A stretch of DNA of 63,817 nucleotides, the filler included, from Folioceros fuciformis (taxonomy: Eukaryota), in NCBI GenBank assembly GCA_049999805.1. It is 11 parts of 11 records of this genome, joined end to end, with 100 filler letters (N's around TTAATTAATTAA, not from the genome) between each part and the next. Parts side by side here need not be neighbours in the genome. Positions count along the whole stretch, not along the records: positions 46,373 to 50,358 come from JBNGIO010004927.1; positions 50,459 to 57,520 come from JBNGIO010004929.1; positions 57,621 to 58,842 come from JBNGIO010004932.1; positions 58,943 to 62,219 come from JBNGIO010004935.1; 7 more parts are not named here. The stretch is one strand, 5' to 3'. The stretch's first letter is position 1. Every line of letters begins with the position of its first letter. A program made the position numbers and the translations under genes. Shown one piece after another: positions 46,273 to 59,202 of the stretch. The notes under the pieces are model-generated. The model had not been told where the DNA came from and did not search any database. It worked only from the letters and a program-made list of their open reading frames with translations.

Positions 46273-47176
46273 NNNNNNNNNNNNNNNNNNNNNNNNNNNN
46301 NNNNNNNNNNNNNNNNTTAATTAATTAANNNNNNNNNNNNNNNNNNNNNNNNNNNNNNNNNNNNNNNNNNNNCTTCTGGCATAGCCCAGCTTGGGTGGAT
46401 GCACAGCCTGTCATCAGCCGTTATATGTTCATTTGGTGCTTCTGGCATAGCCCAGCTTGGGTGGATGCACAGCCTGCTGTGCGTGAACACGGCCTTAAAG
46501 CTGGGAGATGATTCTCTCAGCCCCGCGGGCCTAGCTGACGGGTTGCTTTTGAGGCTTTGGGATGTCTGTGCACACGCCAAATCACTCTTTTACAATGTGT
46601 TGAAGTGACGTGCAATTGGGAAAGGGCCTCGTTCTGGGTCAGGCACGAGAGTAGCACGCTTTCATGGCAAGCTTCTGAAAAGCTGCAGAAACATGTTCCA
46701 ACCTGCCAGCACCAGCAAAGGTGGCAAAATCCCATGACTGCTCGACCCTCGAAAAGACAAATTCATTCGAGCCTAGATGGGCGCTATCTATGTCTCAACA
46801 CGAGAGTCTACAGTCATCAACGTAACCTGCTGTCCGAATCCCAGCCGACACCCATTTCAAGCTTGCCGTCAAGAGAACCATTCGTGCCACCAAAACAACT
46901 GCGTCACCAGGTCCGCACGAGGTTGCGCCCATGAGGAGCAGGCCCCCAGCTGCAAAGCGGAAGGACACAGACTTCAAAATAGTTGTGCCCAAAATGCAGA
47001 AGGGGTGATTCCATCAAACACACAACCACGTTCTATCAGCAACCCACAGTGCGTGCCCCACTTCACAGCTGCTGCGGCCGGCCCACCAAGTACATTCGTC
47101 CTACTGATGGCACAAGATCTGTAAACAACAGTCTGACAGAAGCAATCGACCTGTGCCTGCATCCGCCTCCCATACA

Positions 47177-50100
47177 CTAGACGGTTTCTCTACTTGCCTC
47201 GTCAACAACTCCTCCTTCCTGTGTGACTGTACCATTGCCAGGAGTAGGGGCCCAGGCGGTGCCGTCAGGTACAGATTTCCGCTTCATAACGGTTTCATAG
47301 TCCAGGAAGTCAGGCTGGTGGGTTGAAGATAACAGTCGTGCCCACATCCTGTCACTGACGTTCACCCGATTTTGAGATTGGGTAATCCTCTACACATATG
47401 AACAAAGCCAAATTTTGATCAGTAAAATTTATGTTGCTGGTTCACACTTAAGAAGATCATTCCAACTAGCACAGAACAAATTTGATACAAGGAGTTCAGA
47501 AGAACAAATTTCATTCAAGGGTTTCAGGAGCCTACGTTGATTGGAATGTAGGTATGTCGCCCATTGACTGGGCCAACAGTGAATCCAGAATATCCAGCCA
47601 TAGCCCCATGGATAGCGCTATGGGCCAGCAGAGTGCAATACACATTGTCGGACGCATTACTTGGTATAGCTCGAATCATGTACGTGGGGTCTGTTTCCGA
47701 ATAGCACACCAGCAAGTCAAGGTTCATTTCACATGGTCCACCCCACACGAACCTTGGCATTGATAATCGGTGGAGACGTTTCCAGTAGGAGTGTAGATGA
47801 AAACACTCACCAATATACTTCAGGTTTAGGTCCCTGTTTCTCCTTTTCTTGAAGTCTGCCTGAAAATAGAATATAGGTACATTGTAACTGTAAGACTTGA
47901 GCCCCTGCAATGCAGAACCAACCAGATACTTGCTGACTTCGAAATTACCTTAAGTGCTTGAGATAACCATAGACCAACATCAAGTAGCAGCCGATTGCCA
48001 GATGCATCCATATTGCTGGAACCATTTTGATTTTCTAACTTCAACAACTCTTGACCAGCACCTTCGGCTACAACAATCACCATGTGTCCGTTTTCCAACA
48101 AACGTTTCTCCACAAACTCGTAAAGACCTCCAGGTCCCTCTAAGTAGAACGGATTTTCCGGTATCAAACAGCAGTCCTGCATAAATGACATGTCAAGGAG
48201 GTCACAAAGAACCCGTCTAAGAAGCATGGGTGCCGTTGCAGGGCTAGGCGGCCAAGGATGGCAGACTTACAACATCACGGCTCGCTAGTGTTGCATGCAT
48301 TGCGATATACCCTGCAAAACCAAAAGTAAGAAGCATACTGAGCACCCCCAGTTCGAGAAAGCTTATGATCAAACATAGGTGACAAAAGGGGTGCACTTGC
48401 AAATCCTACCACTGTATCGACCCATAAGCTTCACCAGGCCAATGGAGTTGTGCGTGCTCTCGGCTTCAACATGTGCTGCATTGATTGCCCGTTGAGCTTC
48501 TTCTACAGCTGTATCGAATCCAAATGATTTATCTATCACCTGCAGAGGGGGGCGGAGGATGATCGGTCAGTCTGCTAAGATAATTATTGTGCAAATACAA
48601 GGCCACCAGAGAGGTACAGAGATTGACGTACAGCAATGTCATTGTCGATAGTCTTGGGGATGCCAGCAACAACGACCTTCAGACCACGCCGTTCGATCTC
48701 CTGAGACACAAATGTTGCAACAGTGAAGGGGCTTGAGAGTCCAAACTAACACCTAGCCAAAGCTCGTGCTCCAAAATTTCTTGTGCAAACTTAACAGCAG
48801 CTTGTCCTACATGTGTATTGTATCATGCCATACCCTGTGAATGATTTCAGCACCTCGTTGTGTACCGTCCCCACCAATAATATAAACCTACAAAGTCAGT
48901 AGATATTTTAAGAGAAAATCACACCATTTACAAGTTGGCGGAGAGGTCAGACGATGAATCGCACAATCACAAAGACATACTTGATTGATTCCTCTGTCCT
49001 GAATACTGTCCACAATCTTGTTCACATCGTGCCCACCTCTAGAAGTTCCAAGCACTGTGCCTCCACGTTTGTGGATGTCGTTCACAAGCTTTGGATTCAG
49101 AGTTATTGTATTCCGAGAATAGAAGCCACTGTATCCCCCCTGAGGTGCAGACACAGGATCTAAAATAAGTAGACTGTGCATAATTCTCTTGGTAAGTCTT
49201 AGTGCATGCTGTCCTGCTTTCAAAAAAAATTATTAAAAGTAGAATAGATGACGCACATCTATACCGATGATCTCCCGGACACCATATTGAGTCCACAGCC
49301 CGCAGACTATCTCACGGATGACAGTGTTCAGTCCAGGACATAGGCCCCCGCATGTCACGATACACGCTCGAACTTCAACATCTTTAAAATATATCTGCAC
49401 ATAAAAGGACACGAGCTAAGTGCCTCTATTCACGTCCACTGAAAGACTTCTTGAAGCCAAAGTTTTCCCAGACGACATCCCAGTGGCAATGGCTGGTAAG
49501 TGATCACCTTCTGCCTCGGTCCAGCCCGACGAAAGTGAACACCATCGCCAGGAGTTTTAAGCTTCACAACGATCTGGAAAAAGTAGAACATGTCAGACCA
49601 ATCACACTCCAACACACAGTGTCGTGGTGTTACAAAGTAGCAGAGGCACCTACATCTTTCGCAACGACGTCATCCTCTTCCACGAAATACTGTCTGCAAA
49701 TCAAAAACCGAAACATGAGACCCAAAAAGTGGCAATCAGGAAGGCAAATTGCCGGCGTCCGCATGCACAGTTGCAAGGGGAACAATCGCTAAATGCCTTA
49801 CTTGACAGCCGCGTAGGCAGGATTGTGCTTGAGGGGATTCGGGTATGTCTGCTCACAAAGGCCAAGCCGTTAAAACGCGCAAGCCACCACCAGACACCAC
49901 AATGACACGAGGAGAAGCCAACAAACCTACCTCTAAATCCGTGCCCAGCCAATCCATGAGGTGGGGAACATCCTCGAGGCGAGCCCCGCATGCACCCTCC
50001 TGAGTCTTGCATTCGCTCACAAACACCTTCGGCTTCTTCCCCGACACGTCACCGGCTCCCGGAAGTGGTCCACACACACGAGAAGCCACAGGGCTCCCAA

Positions 50101-50275
50101 GGAGCTGCTTCCTCTGCAAACAGGACTCCAGAGCAGTACGACCAGCTGCGCCTTCAGCCTTGGGCACGTATCTCATTCGGTTAACCTTCACTCGAGCTGG
50201 CTCTGCAGAAGCTCTGCAAATCCCCTGCCCCACCCCCCGCAGCGCCACCCCCGGGCTGTTCAACGTAGCCTTCAT
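47177..50275 (-). CDS. PFK: ATP-dependent 6-phosphofructokinase (plant PFK group A-like), multi-exon, possible plastid transit peptide
   Basis: [49 protein letters not shown] (ATP-type GGDG), [48 protein letters not shown]; first in-frame ATG at 50275. Confidence 0.95.
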
Positions 50276-50468
50276 GTCGCTCCTGCACACTCCAGCCCCA
50301 CCAAAGTGCAGTCCTCAACTTCAGCAGCACTCTCATGTCAGTCCTGCCCGCCCACCACNNNNNNNNNNNNNNNNNNNNNNNNNNNNNNNNNNNNNNNNNN
50401 NNTTAATTAATTAANNNNNNNNNNNNNNNNNNNNNNNNNNNNNNNNNNNNNNNNNNNNGGTGTCTAAG

Positions 50469-50752
50469 TGTAGGATCACTAGAGGAGCATGGTGGAGGAG
50501 AGGAGAAGAGGAGGCAGAGAGGAGAGGAGAAAAAGAGGTTACATTGAGAGTGTAGTTGGCAAGGGAGCTCAAGGGGGTATTTATACCCTCTAGAAGAGCT
50601 CCCTAGGAAGCTTCACAAGAAGCTCACAGGAAGCTGCGCAAGAAGCTTCCTATAGATTAGCTTAAGCTAATCTAAACTAATGATACTTAACTAGACACTA
50701 ATCTTAGACTAAACACATTAGCCTAAGCACATTGGGCTTTAATAACCCTACA
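50469..50752 (-). mobile_element. Family X solo LTR (284 bp) with CTAAG TSD
   Basis: Near-identical to 6740-7021; CTAAG at 50464-50468 and 50753-50757. Confidence 0.96.
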
Positions 50753-53700
50753 CTAAGTCACGCACCAGAGTCCTTCTTGCTTCGTCCAATGACAAGGCTA
50801 ACCTGTGGCATGCGATGTTGGGCCATGTGACCAAGTCGAAGTTGAATTTTATGTCGAACTCCACCTTCTACATAGAGAAGCTCCCTAACTGTTTCAAGCA
50901 TCTATCAGCCTACACCTCTGGCATATTGTCTAAACAAAAAGAATTGCCTTTCAAGAATAAACAACCTACCAGGGCAACTGTTGTCCTTGAACTTGTGCAC
51001 GCTGATATTGCTGGAAAGCTGCCTGTGAAGTCTCTTGGTGGAGCAGAGTACTATCTATCACTGACTGACGATTTTTCTCGTTATGCTTGGACCTTCCCTA
51101 TCAAGTTGAAGAGTGATGTGTTCGAACACATCTCCTCCTAGATCCTCATGGTCCAGAGACAGACTGGACGTCTTATCATATGCTTCCAGATTGATAATGG
51201 AGGGGAGTTCATTGGCCATCGGTTTGATGATCTTTTTCAAGCATATCCTATTCTTCGCCAGTTGTCAGTGCCCTATACACAACAACAGAACGGTGTTGCT
51301 GAGCGCAAAAATCAAACTTTGATGGGCATGACTCGCAGCATGATCTCATGGGCTAACTTACCCAAATCATTCTGGGCAGAAGCTGTGGTGACAGCTACTT
51401 ACATTCTGAATCAACTTGTTACTTCAGCTCTGCCTGGTCGCACCCCTTATGAAGCTTTTTGGGGTCGCAAGCCTAGCCTGCTGCACTTGAGAATCTTTGG
51501 GTCACCCGCCTTTGCTTTTGTCCCTGAAGCTAAGAGGGGGAAGTTAGATGATAGGTCTCAACCCTCCATCTTTGTTGGCTAGTCAGAAGAATCCAAAGCC
51601 TATAAGCTGTATGACCCTAAGACTTCCAAGATTACACTAGCACGTAGTGTTACCTTCAAGGAATTTTTGACTCCTCAAACAGATTCCTTGTCTACCACTC
51701 TTGAGAGTACACCTGCTGATACAGAGTCCACACAAGAATACCCATAGTCAGATGGAGATGTTCCTACTCTGTTAGACCATGTAGCAGTTGATGCTTTCTT
51801 ACAACCACAAAATGATCAGCCTGACTCGCCTTTGGTACCTGCTGTTGGTACACCCCCTGTAGATCCAGATCCTATAGATGCTAAGGAATATGAGGGGGAT
51901 CACCAATATAATGATGAGCAGCCAGGTGGTTTCGAAGACTCGGATACCAGTGAAGCTCATAGTGATGATGTATTGTCAGATTCTGATGAGACTACTGATG
52001 CTGATCCTTCTCGCTATCCTGTATGTCAATAGGATCGACTCCAGTCTACGTGCAAGTGTAGGAGAGGAGAGGAGAGAAGAGAGGGTGGTATTGGTGATCA
52101 CAACCATGAAAACAATACACATCACCACTGTCTTACTATGGAGGTCCGAGGTCTCCATTTAAGTAGTACATTTAGGGCTACACAACTTCCAGGTTCAATA
52201 TGGGATAATCTACACTATCCTAAGTTCACTAATAACTAGAACTAGTCTAGTATGAACCCAACTGGGATAACTAACACCACATGAGTTTAGCTCATATAGA
52301 GCTCGATAACTCAACACTGTAAGGATGAGAAGACCACGAGAGTTATGGGATGAGCCACCTTATCAGTCTGAAGATTTCAAGAGACATACTGCAGCCAATG
52401 TAACAGACTTGTATGTACCTGATGTCAGACCTGATCCTCGAACACTTGATGAAGCACCGAATGGTCCTGATGGGGCCCATTGGCGAGTATCTGTGAATGA
52501 TGAGTACAATAGTCTCCTCAAAAACCAGACGCGGGAGCTAGTTGATCTGCCACCAGGCCGAAAACCTATTACCTGTAAATGGGTTTTTAAAACTAAACTA
52601 AAGTCAGATGGAACTATAGCAAGATATAAGAGCAGACTGGTGGCAAGAGGGTTCTCACAGATTCTTGGGATAGATTACGGAGATACCTTCTCCCCTGTAG
52701 TGAAGCCTCCATCTGTCAGGATCCTGCTTGCACTTGCCGTTGAGTTTGATCTTGAACTCCATCAGATGGATGTTTGCACAGCCTTCCTACATGGAGAACT
52801 GGAAGAGGTTCTCTACATGAACCAACCAAAAGGATTTGTTAGTAAGAAATGGCCAGGTAAAGTTTGTAAACTTTTGAAGACTAGCTATGGTTTGAAACAA
52901 AGCCCCATAGCCTGGTACAAACGAATTATGAAGTTCCTGTGTAAGGTAGGCTTCTCACAATCATCAGCAGACTCAAATGTGTTTTACTTATCTGAGTCTG
53001 AGCTTTTTGTCATCTTGGCTTTGTATGTTGACGATGCGATTCTATTGAGCAACAGCATGTCACACATGAACAAGGTTAAGGATCTTATGAGTAGCGAATT
53101 TGAGATGACAAACCAGGGTGCTCTTCAGTTCTGCTTGGGTATCCAGATACTTAGAAACAGGCAAGACGGGACAATTGTTCTTCATCAGTCAAAGTACCTT
53201 AAGGAAATACTTAAAAGATTTCACCTCGATGAAGCACGTCTTGTAACTACCCCTTCTGTTGTGGGTGAGAAGCTATCAATCGACATGTCCCCTCATTCTG
53301 CAGATGAAGAAAAGGATATGGCTGGCGTTCCTTATGCTGAGGCAGTTGGTTGTTTCATTTTCCTGGCAAACTGGACTAGACCAAATATAAGCTTCTCTGT
53401 TAGTATGGTAGCTCAGTTTATGAAGACTCCAGGTTGAGTCCACTGGGCTACAGTCAAACGTATCTATCCTTACCTAATGGGAACAGTCAATTTAGGCCTA
53501 CATTATACTGCCAGTGGCAAGAAGAGCTTTGTGCTGATTGCCCTAGCTGATGTTGACTGGGCATTAGATTCAAACACTTGTAAGAGTATGTCTGCCTATG
53601 TATGTTTGCTAGCTTCTGGTGCTGTCAATTGGTCATGTAAAAAGCAGTCTTCATTAGCCCTGTCGTCTACTGAGGCTAAATACAAGGCCCTAACAGATGC

Positions 53701-54308
53701 CTGCAAGGAACTTGAATGGGAAAGACAATTTTTAGAATCCATCTTTATGACACAAACCTCTGCAACTCAACTGCTATGTGATAATATGTCTGCTATAGCC
53801 CTCGTGGCTAATCCACAGTTCCACGCGAGGACAAAGCACATAGAGCTCTATCACCACTACATTAGGGACGTGGTGGAGAGAGGTGTGGCTAAGGTGGAAT
53901 ATGTAAGCACAGATGAAAATATAGCAGACCTACTGACAAAAGGACTTTCTAAGGTCAAGCACTATAAACATCTGGCCTCTATGGGCTTAAGGGTGTTTGC
54001 TATGCCGGTACAAGAGAGTACAGAATAGTGTGTGTGTTCTACTGACGGGAAGTGAATTAAGCGGTTTACTACAGGCCTGACCTTCCTGTCTAGCACACAA
54101 GCCATGAGGACAGCTCAGTGGATGAAGCAACCTGCATATTCAATCGTGAACTGTTCTTTACATCAACGAAATGCAAAGAAAACTTCACAGCAGTGATTTA
54201 CCTCTCTCAGGTAGACAAGGGACTTAGGTATCATCAGCTTCATGCACACCGCTGACTACTCCAGTATATCCCAGCGTGTCCAATTCCGTCACAAGGTGCT
54301 ATATTTCA
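50753..54308 (+). mobile_element. Copia D: integrase, RT, RNase H, probable 3' LTR (~54053-54308); inactive
   Basis: LWHAMLGH, VHADIAG, DNGGEF, QQNGVAERKN, HQMDVCTAFLHG, LYVDDA, ALSSTEAKY, DNMSA; premature stops; GACGGGAAG then TGAA...TTCA (LTR bounds tentative). Confidence 0.9.
52024..52316. mobile_element. Solo LTR (293 bp, another family) with CTGTA TSD inside copia D
   Basis: TG...CA; CTGTA at 52019-52023 and 52317-52321; removal restores the frame SRYPV-RMRRP. Confidence 0.92.
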
Positions 54309-57300
54309 CACTCTAACAGTGGAAACATGGTCGGATCCCGTTGTGGGAACCTGGCGACCAAGTCTCGAAGCTCCAAGACCCTACACTTCGCGGCCTTGAT
54401 TGCTTCTTTGACCTCCTCGCACTTCTGAGCAGTTTGAAGCAGATGGCACACCAGTTTCTGTCTGACTGTGTAGGCCACTCCGCAGGCTCCTTTGTTGTGT
54501 GAGTCTCGCCAGGCTCAATAGAGTTACTATGCTGCTGTGAGGACTCTTCCCTTGGATGCTTCTGACAACTCAAGCCACCACCCCTCTTGCGTGCCATTTC
54601 TTCCTGCACCAAAACACGGAAGACTGAGAATTCCCTCTGCAATGGTTGTTCTTATCCCTGGTACCGCGAGAGCACGGCGCCACGACCAATCTTCAGCTTG
54701 CCTTAAGCCTTCACGTCTCTCCCCGTTTGAAGTTGGATCATCCGTCATACTCCCTGCATGATTTTCCCGCTTGTGCCAAACAACAACTTCGCACGACTGC
54801 TTCATCATGAGGGAGTGACGAGCGTCATAGGGTTTAAGCACATACTTTAACCTCGTAAGGTGAAGAGGGGGCGTTAAGGTTATTTAGGTAACCTTGGTTA
54901 GATTAACCTAACTCGATTAAACAAGTGACTTTTGGGTTTAACAAACTTGACACTATAAAAGCTACAATTTTGTATTAATTGAATCAAGTTCTTTTGCTAC
55001 ATTGTCTCAAGTATTCTTTGTCTAAATTATCCTTGAACAAATGCATAAAATAACAAGGACAAGGCACATGTGGAGGAAGAGGCAAGCCAGGCGAAGGCAG
55101 AGATACAGGCGCTGAAGGAGCAACAACAGACACTCCTAGCTCAGGTGAGGGAAGCCCATGAGACTAATTTGGAAATGCAACAGGAGATGGCTAGGGCTCA
55201 GGAGCAGGAGATGGCTGCGGTGGAAAAGTCCAAAAGCTGGCCCACAGGTACAAACAGGAGCGGGACGAGGCCAGGGAGTGAGTGAAGGGGAAGGGCAAGG
55301 CTGGGCGAAGTAGTCGAACGCGAACGCCGATAGCCAAGGGGGTTACCGGTAGCCGAGCAACAATGCCATTAGCCGACGAGGCTACCGGTAGTTGAGTGGC
55401 CATGCCGGTAGCTGAAGGGGCTACCGGTAGTCATGCAACATCGGAGGTAGCCAAAGGGACTACCGGTAGAGGAGAGACGACGCCGGAAGCCGAATCCCCG
55501 ACCCCGCTAGCCGAAGAGGTGCTGGTGGAGGCGCATGTGCCCAGGCGCTCCAGAAGAGCGACTCGCGCCAGGAGGACTGAGCAGGGGGAAGCAGCAGCTG
55601 GAGGGATGGACTACCCTTCGATACCCCAGGAGAGCAGGGGCAGGCAGCCCGAGGCAGCCCAAGGGAGGAAGGGGTAAGCACCTCCTTTATGACAGAGGGT
55701 CAGGTTGTGCTGTAGTATGAGGAGGAGGCCTCTTATGTACCGGGCCTCTATGTGGAAGGAGCCCGAGTTCTGAAGCTGTTTTTGCATGTACGCATGGGCA
55801 CAGGAGGGAGGTGGGGCTATGGCCTGCAACTGAGGACCCGCAGCGGCCTCTACTACTACCGCTGGCGGGTATGGGGACTGCCTCACTGCTATTCTGAGGT
55901 AATCCTAGAGGAATTGACGAAGGAGGAGGCGCAGCAGTGGGTTGAGCGGGAACCCGTCCTCGTCCTCAGTAATCGGCGACGGAGGTAGGAGAGGGATTCC
56001 CTACAACGGACCCACCTGCTCCGCCGCCAGCAAGGTCCAACAGCAGCAGCAGCGAGGTGGAGGTCCTTTGGGAGGACCTGCCCGACCAACGACAGGGTAG
56101 AAGGGCTAGAGGTGGGCCAGTAAGGGGAGGAGTGCGACAGCCAGGGGGAAGGCGCCAGCGGTGAGGAGAGAGGCGATAATAATTGCAGTTTAGGCTAGTT
56201 TTTTTTAGATTGCTTTTGCTTGGACCTAAGCCGCTTAGAAATTAAGAGCACTGACTGACAGACTTTATGGCGGAAGGGACCGCCACTATCGTGTACAAGA
56301 GGCCGGTTTGGGGCCTTGGAAAATCAGCCCAACATTCCAACCTTGCGGAAGCCTAGCGATGGCTGTTACTGGACAGGGAGGTCCAGGCAAGCGAGCGCAC
56401 GTAGTGTTCTGAGGGTGTGGGTACAGGTGGTGGCTGCTCCGTGACTGGGTCTCGGGGACAAATCGGGAGGAGGAGCCTCGCCGAGTGGGAGTCGAGCTTC
56501 TCAGCTATCCCCGTGGCGGTCGCGTGGAGTGGTGAAGGGGTCGGAGGCCCGAATCCACAAGTTCGGAGTGGAAGCGGGTATCCCTTCCCTTAGCCTCTGA
56601 TGAACTCATCATTCCTTCCAAATTACAGAGAGAAGAGAAGGCCCTGGATGGGCAACTCGGAGGAAGAAGCCGAGGGATGTGAGTGGGATGAGAAGTGTGA
56701 ATGTGAGAATAAGAGAGTCGAATATCGTTTGTTGGTGAAGAGAGAAGGCGGTCCTAAGTGGCCGTCAACGTGAAGACTGCAGGTGAGGCGTCGAGAGGAA
56801 AAAAATGGCCATATTGACGAAGGGTCGATGTGACCGTGTGCAAATCGTGGATAGTTGAGAGGTTGTAATCTGAGTGAGGAGTGTGTCGCGTCGCGGGGGC
56901 GTGGCGTGGCTGATAACTGGACGACTGGAGTGCTGAGGGTGGTGAGAACCAGAAGTGACTATGTGCTGAGAAGGAATGCCTGTGGATTGAGGATAAGGCT
57001 ATATGTAGAGGTGACTGGAATGTAGTGAGGTGTGAGTAGATGTGAGGGTACTGATCTGGGATCGTGACTGAAGTGCGTGGGCGAGTTGGGACCGCACTGA
57101 TTAAGAGCTGTGTATGTGAGCGTAGGTGTGCCGTCGTGTGCGGCTGGGTATGAGGGTTCATGGGGTAACCGAAGAAAGACGACGACAAATGTTGTGAGTG
57201 TGTGCTTGTGTGTATGTGTGTGAACCGAGCGTCGACAGGTCCCAAGTCGGAGGCAATGAGCAGACAGGAGCGGACGAAAGAGTGTAGGCTGTGAGGTAAG

Positions 57301-57620
57301 CGCGGTTGCAAGTGAGAGAGTTCTAAGGCTGGTCGCGGCCGTGAGAAAGTGTGAGTCGGTGAGGTAGGTTCCTAGGGCTAGAGAGAGAAATAAGAGAGAG
57401 AGATAGAAGAGGGGGAGAGAGAGAGTGGGCCCCACTAAGGTAGCCGGACTAGCTTCTGTCGTAGAGAGACAACGGGGGTAGCCGGGCGTAGGGGTAGTCG
57501 TAAAGGCGATGAGGTAGCCGNNNNNNNNNNNNNNNNNNNNNNNNNNNNNNNNNNNNNNNNNNNNTTAATTAATTAANNNNNNNNNNNNNNNNNNNNNNNN
57601 NNNNNNNNNNNNNNNNNNNN

Positions 57621-57673
57621 GAAGACTGGATCCTCGACGCTGCCGCCGGTGTCATGTCGCTGTGCTTCGGCAT
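57621..57673 (-). CDS. Possible 5' end of a small SMP-domain/LEA-like protein, cut by gap
   Basis: ATG at 57673 gives MPKHSDMTPAAASRIQS; only 17 codons are visible. Confidence 0.35.
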
Positions 57674-58558
57674 GCTTGAAACCACGGGTTGCAATGCAAT
57701 GGGCACGTCCGGGAGAAGTTGCTGGGACTGAACTTCTCAATTGTGGCCTGCACTATGTAGAGTAGTTGCGAAGTTACACTCCATACCGGCCGACCGATCA
57801 GAGATCTATGTGGATGCGGCGACCACGTTGGACAGTAGAGTCTGAGATGGAACTTGGAAAACGTCCACGACGTGCGCCCCTGAAAACTAGAAGCTCGATC
57901 GACGATGGCGCTACAACATGACAGCATTTGCTACCCTTTTGTAGAGCAGAAGCGTGGAATCCGAGAGGAAGACCGAGAGTAAAGGGAGACCCGGAGAGTA
58001 CACAAACTACGAGACTACCCAACTTGCGAAGAGTAAAGGCGAGAGTTAGATCGGTTATTTAAGCTTCAGTAGGTTTTTAATATCTATTTATGAACCTATT
58101 TTCATCACACATATGTACCCTTGGGTCAACTACGGTGCATCCAAAAATAGTTTTTGTGGAGTCCCTACCAATGGTGAGAACTAGTAGTGCACCCGGATGT
58201 GTCAAGGGGGGAAACATGAGTCTCAAACCAAATCAAAAGCTTCTCCGTTAGTGTGGGGGTCGTTGAAAAAAATATAGCACTCCACCTGCATGCTCCCGCA
58301 TCCACCCGCACACAAACACCACAAATGTGTATCAGAAAAATAATAAAAATAAAAATAAAGGTGTTGCAAGATCAAATGTATCAAGATGAAGTCATACTTC
58401 ATAAGTTGCACTTTAAGGAGCTGTAGAGGATGAGAGCAGCATTTCTTTGTTTTCTTCTACGTAGGAGGTTTCCCTTCAATTAGCAAAGTAATGAAAACAT
58501 CCTAAGTGAGGGCATCAAGTGTAAGTTGAAGTCCATAGCTCTAGGAAGCAAGTCATGC

Positions 58559-58842
58559 GATGCCTTGATGCAAAGATTGCATTACATTGGGAACAAGGTT
58601 GGAGACACTCTCTCTTGTGGAACGATGCCTTAATGCAAAGATTGCATTACATTGGGAACAAGGTTGGAGACACTCTCTCTTGTGGAACGATGCCTTAATG
58701 CAAAGATTGCATTATTGGGAACAAGGTTGGAGACACTCTCTCTTGTGGAACGATGCCTTAATGCAAAGATTGCATTACATTGGGCACAAGGTTGGAGACA
58801 CTCTCTCTTGTGGAACGATGCCTTAATGCAAAGATTGCATTA
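58559..58842. repeat. 65-bp tandem repeat, more than 4 copies, running into the gap
   Basis: GATGCCTTAATGCAAAGATTGCATTACATTGGGAACAAGGTTGGAGACACTCTCTCTTGTGGAAC repeated head-to-tail; one unit is 2 bp shorter. Confidence 0.95.
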
Positions 58843-59202
58843 NNNNNNNNNNNNNNNNNNNNNNNNNNNNNNNNNNNNNNNNNNNNTTAATTAATTAANN
58901 NNNNNNNNNNNNNNNNNNNNNNNNNNNNNNNNNNNNNNNNNNGCAAGCAACAGCAATTGTCAAGGCTAGTTCTTTTTTATTGGTTGGCAGTTAGGGTTTC
59001 TAGCCTTTAATTAATTTAATTTAATTTAGGTTAGCTTTTCAATTGGAATGGGTTTTTTGCTTACTTCACATGCCTTTTCATGTTGTTGTAGTAAAAGGCA
59101 TGTTCACAGCTGTACCTTTTTCTTTTGTGGCTGCACATGTCTACCCTAGATCAACTTGTTGCCCAATTTCCTGCATTTAACTTACTTGGTGGGTCAGCAA
59201 AC

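Noticed and set aside
46373-46476. 38-bp direct repeat with 66-bp period at a contig start
   Set aside because: Abuts a gap; may be an assembly-edge artefact.
54860-57520. GC/purine-rich ORFs as host genes
   Set aside because: Low-complexity, stop-interrupted and without recognisable domains; probably retroelement interior or LTR, but I could not fix boundaries.
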